In this document: in pieces, positions 59,259 to 64,000 of the stretch
How the letters are laid out: each line of letters opens with the position of its first letter
How positions within the stretch are numbered: position 1 is the stretch's first letter
Origin: a bacterium
Lineage (GTDB): Bacteria; Krumholzibacteriota; Krumholzibacteriia; LZORAL124-64-63
Assembly (NCBI GenBank): GCA_031441465.1
Contig: JANOEP010000010.1
Coordinates: 64,001-128,000, forward strand
Length of the DNA: 64,000 bases
Reading direction: 5' to 3'
Translations under genes and position numbers: made by a program
Notes under the pieces: generated by a model
Told to the model about the DNA's origin: nothing
Databases searched by the model: none
The model's input: the letters and a program-made list of their open reading frames with translations, nothing else

Positions 59259-60226
59259 TTGCCCACCGCTTCGCGGATCTGGGCCGCGGTGATCGTCGCG
59301 GTGCCCAGTTCGCGCACGGCCAGGCCGGCGGCGTGGTTGGCGAGGTTGGCGGCTTCCAGGTAGGTGGCGCCCGCGGCCAGCGCCGCCGTGTACACGGCGA
59401 TGACCGTGTCGCCGGCGCCGGTGACGTCGTAGACGTCGCGGGCCTCGGTCGGCAGGTGGTGCTCGACGCCGCCGCGCTCGAACAGGGCCATGCCGTGCTC
59501 GCCCCGGGTGATCAGCACGCAGGCGGCCCCGGTGCGCGCGAGCAGCTCGGCGCCGGCGAGGCGCAGGCCGGCGAGGTCGGCGATCGCGAGGCCCGTGGCC
59601 TGGCCGGCCTCCTTCTGGTTCGGCGTGAGGGAGGCGCAGCCGCGGTACTGGGTGTAGTCGCCGCGCTTGGGGTCGACCACCACGGGGATGCCGGCCGCCG
59701 CGCCGGCGTCGATGAGTTCCCGCAACAGCGCGTCGGCCAGCACGCCTTTGCCGTAGTCCGACAGGACGACCCCGTCGAACGGGCCCAGGCGGCGGACGCG
59801 CCCGGCCAGATCGGCGAGCGCCTCCTCCCCCAGCGGCTCGTCCGACTCGACGTCGGCGCGCACGACCTGCTGGTTGTGGGCGATGATGCGGGTCTTGAGC
59901 GTGGTGCGGCGGCCCGGCTGGCGCAGCAGGCCGTCGTCGGGGATGCCCGCTTCGGCCAGCAGCGCGGCGAGGCGATGCGCCGTCGCACCGGTGCCGGCGA
60001 CCGCGACCAGGGTCACCTCGGCGCCGAGGGCGCGGATGTTGGCGGCGACGTTGGCCGCCCCGCCGAGCTTGTCGGTCTCCCGGCGCAAACGCACCACCGG
60101 CACCGGCGCCTCGGGGCTGATGCGGTCGACCTCGCCCCAGAGGAAGCGGTCGAGCATGGCGTCGCCGACGACCGCCAGGCGCAACCCGGCGAGCCGGTCG
60201 AGGATGGCGAGGCTGCGGGCGAGCAT
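59255..60226 (-). CDS. rfaE1: D-glycero-beta-D-manno-heptose 7-phosphate kinase (HldE domain I)
   Basis: GDAMLD, RISPEAPVPV, GGAANVA, SDYGKG, DVTGAGDT. Confidence 0.93.
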   Translation of the reverse strand: MLARSLAILDRLAGLRLAVVGDAMLDRFLWGEVDRISPEAPVPVVRLRRETDKLGGAANVAANIRALGAEVTLVAVAGTGATAHRLAALLAEAGIPDDGLLRQPGRRTTLKTRIIAHNQQVVRADVESDEPLGEEALADLAGRVRRLGPFDGVVLSDYGKGVLADALLRELIDAGAAAGIPVVVDPKRGDYTQYRGCASLTPNQKEAGQATGLAIADLAGLRLAGAELLARTGAACVLITRGEHGMALFERGGVEHHLPTEARDVYDVTGAGDTVIAVYTAALAAGATYLEAANLANHAAGLAVRELGTATITAAQIREAVGK

Positions 60227-60368
60227 GGTGGCTCCAGGGAGGGGGTGAGGTGCGTGCGCGCCCGGAAAGCTACCATCCCGGGCCGGCGGCGTCAACGGGA
60301 CTGGCTCCCCGCGCGGCCGTGCGCTATCATGCGACGGTCATCGACACCACCGAACCGGAGGCACGACC

Positions 60369-60686
60369 TTGGAAAAGAATCAGCCGGCGCCGACGCAGCA
60401 ACTCAGCGTGGAACTCGATCCCGAGGTCGCCCACGGCACCTACACCAACCTGGCCCTGATCACCCACAGCCCGAGCGAGTTCGTCGTGGACTTCGCCCGC
60501 ATGATGCCCGGACTGCCCAAGGCCAAGATCCACGCCCGCATGATCATGACCCCGCAAAACGCCAAGGGGCTGCTCAAGACGCTGGAAGCGAACATCCGCC
60601 GTTACGAGGAGACCCACGGCGAGATCAAGCTGCCCGGCCTGCCCGGCAAGGACCTCGGCTTCCACTCCACCGACAGCCGGAACTGA
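60369..60686 (+). CDS. DUF3467-like small protein
   Basis: GTYTNLALITHSPSEFVVDF...RMIMTPQNAK...YEETHGEI. GGAGG RBS before TTG. Confidence 0.8.
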   Translation: MEKNQPAPTQQLSVELDPEVAHGTYTNLALITHSPSEFVVDFARMMPGLPKAKIHARMIMTPQNAKGLLKTLEANIRRYEETHGEIKLPGLPGKDLGFHSTDSRN

Positions 60687-60719
60687 AGCCGGACCCTGAC
60701 GATCCCCGGAAGGTGAGGC

Positions 60720-61913
60720 TCAGTCCACCAGTCGCCGAAACCGCGCCGCCGCCAGCGCGAGCAACCCGGCGAGCATCACCGCCAGAACGGTGAGGTGGCC
60801 GGCGTTCCCGGCGAGGCCCCAGCCGCGCCCGATCATGTTGTGGAAGACCGTCACCGCCTGACCCGTAGGCAGGGCCAGGGCCACCTTCTGCATGAAGCCC
60901 GGCACCACTTCCAGCGGCCACCAGAGGCCGCCCAGGGCGGCCATCATCATCGAGGCAGTCATGCCGAGGCCGTCGGCCTGGCCCGGCGTGCGGCAGAACG
61001 TCGCCACGCACAGCGCCAGCGCCGAACTGATGGCGGTGAACAGGACCATCGTCAGGATCAGGGCGCCGGGACTGCCCCCGTAGTCCATGCCCGGCAACAG
61101 CAGGTTCAGGCCCAGCAGAACCGCCGCTTGAACCAGTCCCACGGCCAGCGGCCCCAGGAACAGGCCCACCGCCAGCAGCCACGGCGACGCGGCCGCCAGG
61201 CGCAGGCGCCGCAGCGTGCCGTTGCGCCGCTCCATCACGACGTCCCGCACGCTCATCAGCATGAACATCATCACGAACATGAGCGTGTAGCTGGGACCGG
61301 TGTGCTGGAAGCCGCTGGAGAACCCCACCAGCGCGCTCGTCGGCGGCTCGCCGCCGAGACGGCCGAGGGTGCGGGCCTCGAGAGTGAGGCGCGGGTCGCG
61401 CCACACCGAATCGAAGCGGGCCGCGTCGAACCCGGGCTCGGCGCGCCGGCCCGCGGTCAGGAACTGCAGGCGCAACACGGCCTCTTCCAGGGCGGTGCGC
61501 GCCGTCTGAGCCGAGGAGCGGTCGGGGTCGTAGGCCAGCGAGAGCGAAGCCGTCCGGCCGGCGGCCAGATCATCGTCGAATCCGGCCGGGATGTGCAGCA
61601 CCGCGGTGCGGCGCCCCTCGTCGACCAGGGAGCGTGCAAGGTCCCAGGAACCCGCACTATCGGCCACGACGATCCGGTACTGTTCGCGCCCGCCAAGTGC
61701 CGTGACCAGATCGCTCGACGCCGGGCTCCGCGACTCATCGAAGACCGTCACCTCGGGCGCCTCGCGGGTACCGCCCCCCATGTCGCCGAACATCATCCCC
61801 ATCAGCACGGTGAACATCAGCGGCATGCCGAACAGCCAGAAGAGGCTGGCCCGATCGGCCGCGACCTGCCGCACGTGCAGGGCCACCAGGGCCCGGATCA
61901 CCCCAGTGTTCAC
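60720..61913 (-). CDS. ABC-2 type exporter permease
   Basis: TM helix, large extracytoplasmic loop, ERRNGTLRRL, LGGLWWP. GTG start overlaps the upstream stop. Confidence 0.9.
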   Translation of the reverse strand: MNTGVIRALVALHVRQVAADRASLFWLFGMPLMFTVLMGMMFGDMGGGTREAPEVTVFDESRSPASSDLVTALGGREQYRIVVADSAGSWDLARSLVDEGRRTAVLHIPAGFDDDLAAGRTASLSLAYDPDRSSAQTARTALEEAVLRLQFLTAGRRAEPGFDAARFDSVWRDPRLTLEARTLGRLGGEPPTSALVGFSSGFQHTGPSYTLMFVMMFMLMSVRDVVMERRNGTLRRLRLAAASPWLLAVGLFLGPLAVGLVQAAVLLGLNLLLPGMDYGGSPGALILTMVLFTAISSALALCVATFCRTPGQADGLGMTASMMMAALGGLWWPLEVVPGFMQKVALALPTGQAVTVFHNMIGRGWGLAGNAGHLTVLAVMLAGLLALAAARFRRLVD

Positions 61914-63232
61914 AGCAGGCCCACCTTTCCGCCCCGTCGCCGGTAGATCGCCACGGCGACCGCCAGCAACGCCGCCGCGATCCCGAACAGGACCGCGATG
62001 CGGGGCAGGATGTCGGCCGCACCCCGGCCGTGGACGATGATGTCGTTGAACGTCAAGTTGGCCCAGTAGTTGGGCGTGAAGCGCCCCACCGCCTGCAGCA
62101 CGGGCGGCATCTGGTCGACGTTGATGAAGTTGCCGCCGACCAACGCCATGAACAGGGTGACGCCGGTGGAGATGGTGCCCATCTGCTTCTCGTTCGCGGT
62201 CAGCAGGGCCAGGGGCAGGAACAGGGAAGCCAACATGGCGCTGGTGGCGACCGCGGCCATGACCAGCGCCAGGGGATCCGGACCGAGGCTCATCTTGAAC
62301 AGGAGCCGACCGGCCGTGAAGAGCACGGTCAGCTGCAGCAGGCCGTTGAGCATGGCGAAGAGCCACTTGCCGACCAGGAGGTCGGAGTTCCCCAGCGGGG
62401 CGACGAGTAGGCGCCGCAGCGTGCCGGCGGCGCGCTCGCGGTGCAGGTCGCCCGCGGCGGCGGCGGCGGCGAACATCAGGAAGAACACGCCCATCCCCGG
62501 CAGGATGTAGTCGAACATGTTGCGCGAGGGGCCGAACTCCTCGGCCACCTTCCCGGTGCGGTCGACCACTTGCAGCGAAACGGCCGGCGGGTCGAACGCG
62601 TCCGACAGCGCCGCCTGGTGGTCGAGGATCGCCTCGAACTTCGCGCGCGCGGCATCCGCTTCAGGGGAGCTGTCGCGGATGCGCCGCCAGATCCCGACCA
62701 GGGAGTCGCCCTCGAAAAGGTCGCCGAAGGGATCGGGCTCGCCCTCGGCGGGGAACCCGTCCGCGGGCCAGGCCGTGACGTAGACGGCCTCGCCGCCCTG
62801 CACCCGCAACAGCATCCGGCGCAGGATCTGCTCGACGATGTCGGCTTGGAAGACGCTGACCGGGTCCTTCCAGACGCCGATCGCCACGCGTTCGCCCGAC
62901 AGCAGATCCTGCAGATCGCCGGGCAGCAGCACCGCGGCGCGGGCCTCCCCCTTGCGGACCAGGCGTTCGGCCTCGGCCGAGTCGCACCAGACCGGCGTGA
63001 AGAGTCCGCTCTCCCGCAGTGCGCGTTCGAGGGGTTCCTTGAGCAGCGTGGGCGGATCGCCGACCAGAGCCAGCGGGATGGCCTCCATCTCGGGGCCGCC
63101 GCCGCCGCCGAAGCCACCGAACGAAATCCCGAGCACGCCCGTCAACAACAGAGGCAGCAGGAGCGTCACGACCACCGCCTGGCGGTCCGACCACCAGCGG
63201 CGGATGTCCTTGAGCACCAGCACGCGCAACAT
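61910..63232 (-). CDS. ABC-2 type exporter permease
   Basis: Same architecture: ERAAGTLRRLLVAP, GKWL, multiple TM helices. Confidence 0.9.
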   Translation of the reverse strand: MLRVLVLKDIRRWWSDRQAVVVTLLLPLLLTGVLGISFGGFGGGGGPEMEAIPLALVGDPPTLLKEPLERALRESGLFTPVWCDSAEAERLVRKGEARAAVLLPGDLQDLLSGERVAIGVWKDPVSVFQADIVEQILRRMLLRVQGGEAVYVTAWPADGFPAEGEPDPFGDLFEGDSLVGIWRRIRDSSPEADAARAKFEAILDHQAALSDAFDPPAVSLQVVDRTGKVAEEFGPSRNMFDYILPGMGVFFLMFAAAAAAGDLHRERAAGTLRRLLVAPLGNSDLLVGKWLFAMLNGLLQLTVLFTAGRLLFKMSLGPDPLALVMAAVATSAMLASLFLPLALLTANEKQMGTISTGVTLFMALVGGNFINVDQMPPVLQAVGRFTPNYWANLTFNDIIVHGRGAADILPRIAVLFGIAAALLAVAVAIYRRRGGKVGLL

Positions 63233-63241
63233 GGCAGACTC

Positions 63242-64000
63242 CTATTCGCGCAGGGCGCGGCCGGTGATCTTCAGGTAGAGCGATTCCAGGTTGGGACGGA
63301 TCACTTCGAGCTGGTCGAGGCCGAGGCCGCCGGCGGACAGCTCGGCCTGCAGGCGCGGCAGCAGCGCGGCGCCGTCGCGGCAGTGGATCTCGAGCTTGCC
63401 CTTGCGCAGTTCCGCGAGGGAGACGTCCGGCCACGCGCCGGCCGTCGCCGCGGCCCGTTCCAGAGCCGCCGTCGGCAGTTGGACCCGCACGACGTCGCTC
63501 TCGCCGATCTGCCGGATGAGTTCTTCCTTGTTGCCGAGCGCCGCCAGCCGGCCGTGGTCGATGACCCCGATGCGGTCGCAGAGGTGCTCGGCCTCCTCGA
63601 GGTAATGCGTCGTGTAGAGGACGGTGAGCCCGCGGGCGTTCATGCTGCGGATCAGGTCCAGGATGCGCGTGCGCGCCTGGGCGTCGATCCCCACGGTGGG
63701 CTCGTCGAGGAACAGGACGTCCGGGGCGTGGACCAGTCCGAGCATGATGTTCAGGCGCCGCTTCATGCCGCCGCTGAAGCCCTTGACCGGGCGGCGGGCG
63801 TGCTCGGCGAGTTCGGCCAACTCGAGCAGTTCCCCGACGCGGGATTTGAGGCGCGGGCCTTCCAGGCCGTACAGCCGCCCGAAGGTGTTGAGGTTCTGCT
63901 CGGCGGTGAGTTCCTCGTACAGGGCCAACTCCTGCGGCACGACGCCGATGCGACGGCGGACGGCGGCGGGATCGACCGCGACGTCGTGGCCGCAGACCGT
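63242..64000 (-). CDS. ABC exporter ATP-binding subunit (5' end outside the window)
   Basis: FSGGMKRR, LDEPTVGID, TTHYLEEAE. The frame stays open to the window edge. Confidence 0.93.
   Translation of the reverse strand, partial: TVCGHDVAVDPAAVRRRIGVVPQELALYEELTAEQNLNTFGRLYGLEGPRLKSRVGELLELAELAEHARRPVKGFSGGMKRRLNIMLGLVHAPDVLFLDEPTVGIDAQARTRILDLIRSMNARGLTVLYTTHYLEEAEHLCDRIGVIDHGRLAALGNKEELIRQIGESDVVRVQLPTAALERAAATAGAWPDVSLAELRKGKLEIHCRDGAALLPRLQAELSAGGLGLDQLEVIRPNLESLYLKITGRALRE

Overview
High-GC, Gram-negative-type bacterial chromosome segment (LptE, heptose genes and a beta-barrel protein are present). The gene order would fit an FCB-related lineage such as Krumholzibacteriota or Latescibacterota, but that is only inference. 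Almost all genes are on the minus strand. Most of the window is core housekeeping: holA/lptE, recN-nadK-dxs-ispA-folD-rny-6S RNA-zapAB-pheTS-rplT-rpmI-infC-thrS, dnaK plus an RpoD-family sigma factor, rnc-fabF-acpP-fabG-fabD-plsX-rpmF-yceD-ndk-sucDC, split hldE, and an ABC-2 exporter. It also holds five tRNAs and three separate surface-polysaccharide gene groups. I found no CRISPR array, transposase, integrase, phage or defence system, and I cannot support a claim of a wholly new system. The best leads are: (1) a 6 kb block splitting the usually contiguous tRNA-Gly(GCC)/Cys/Leu(TAA) cluster, carrying a HybA-HybB/NrfD-13-heme cytochrome c module with no catalytic subunit; (2) an ArcE (arginine synthetase)/cDPGS-family gene directly ahead of sucC-sucD-ndk; (3) an L20-leader-like attenuator plus an AUC start codon for infC; (4) a sigma54 promoter with an IHF site driving a polysaccharide operon next to a sigma54 activator; (5) an orphan dnaK and sigma gene pair with palindromic operator-like sites. 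All product calls come from motif recognition and synteny, not database searches.
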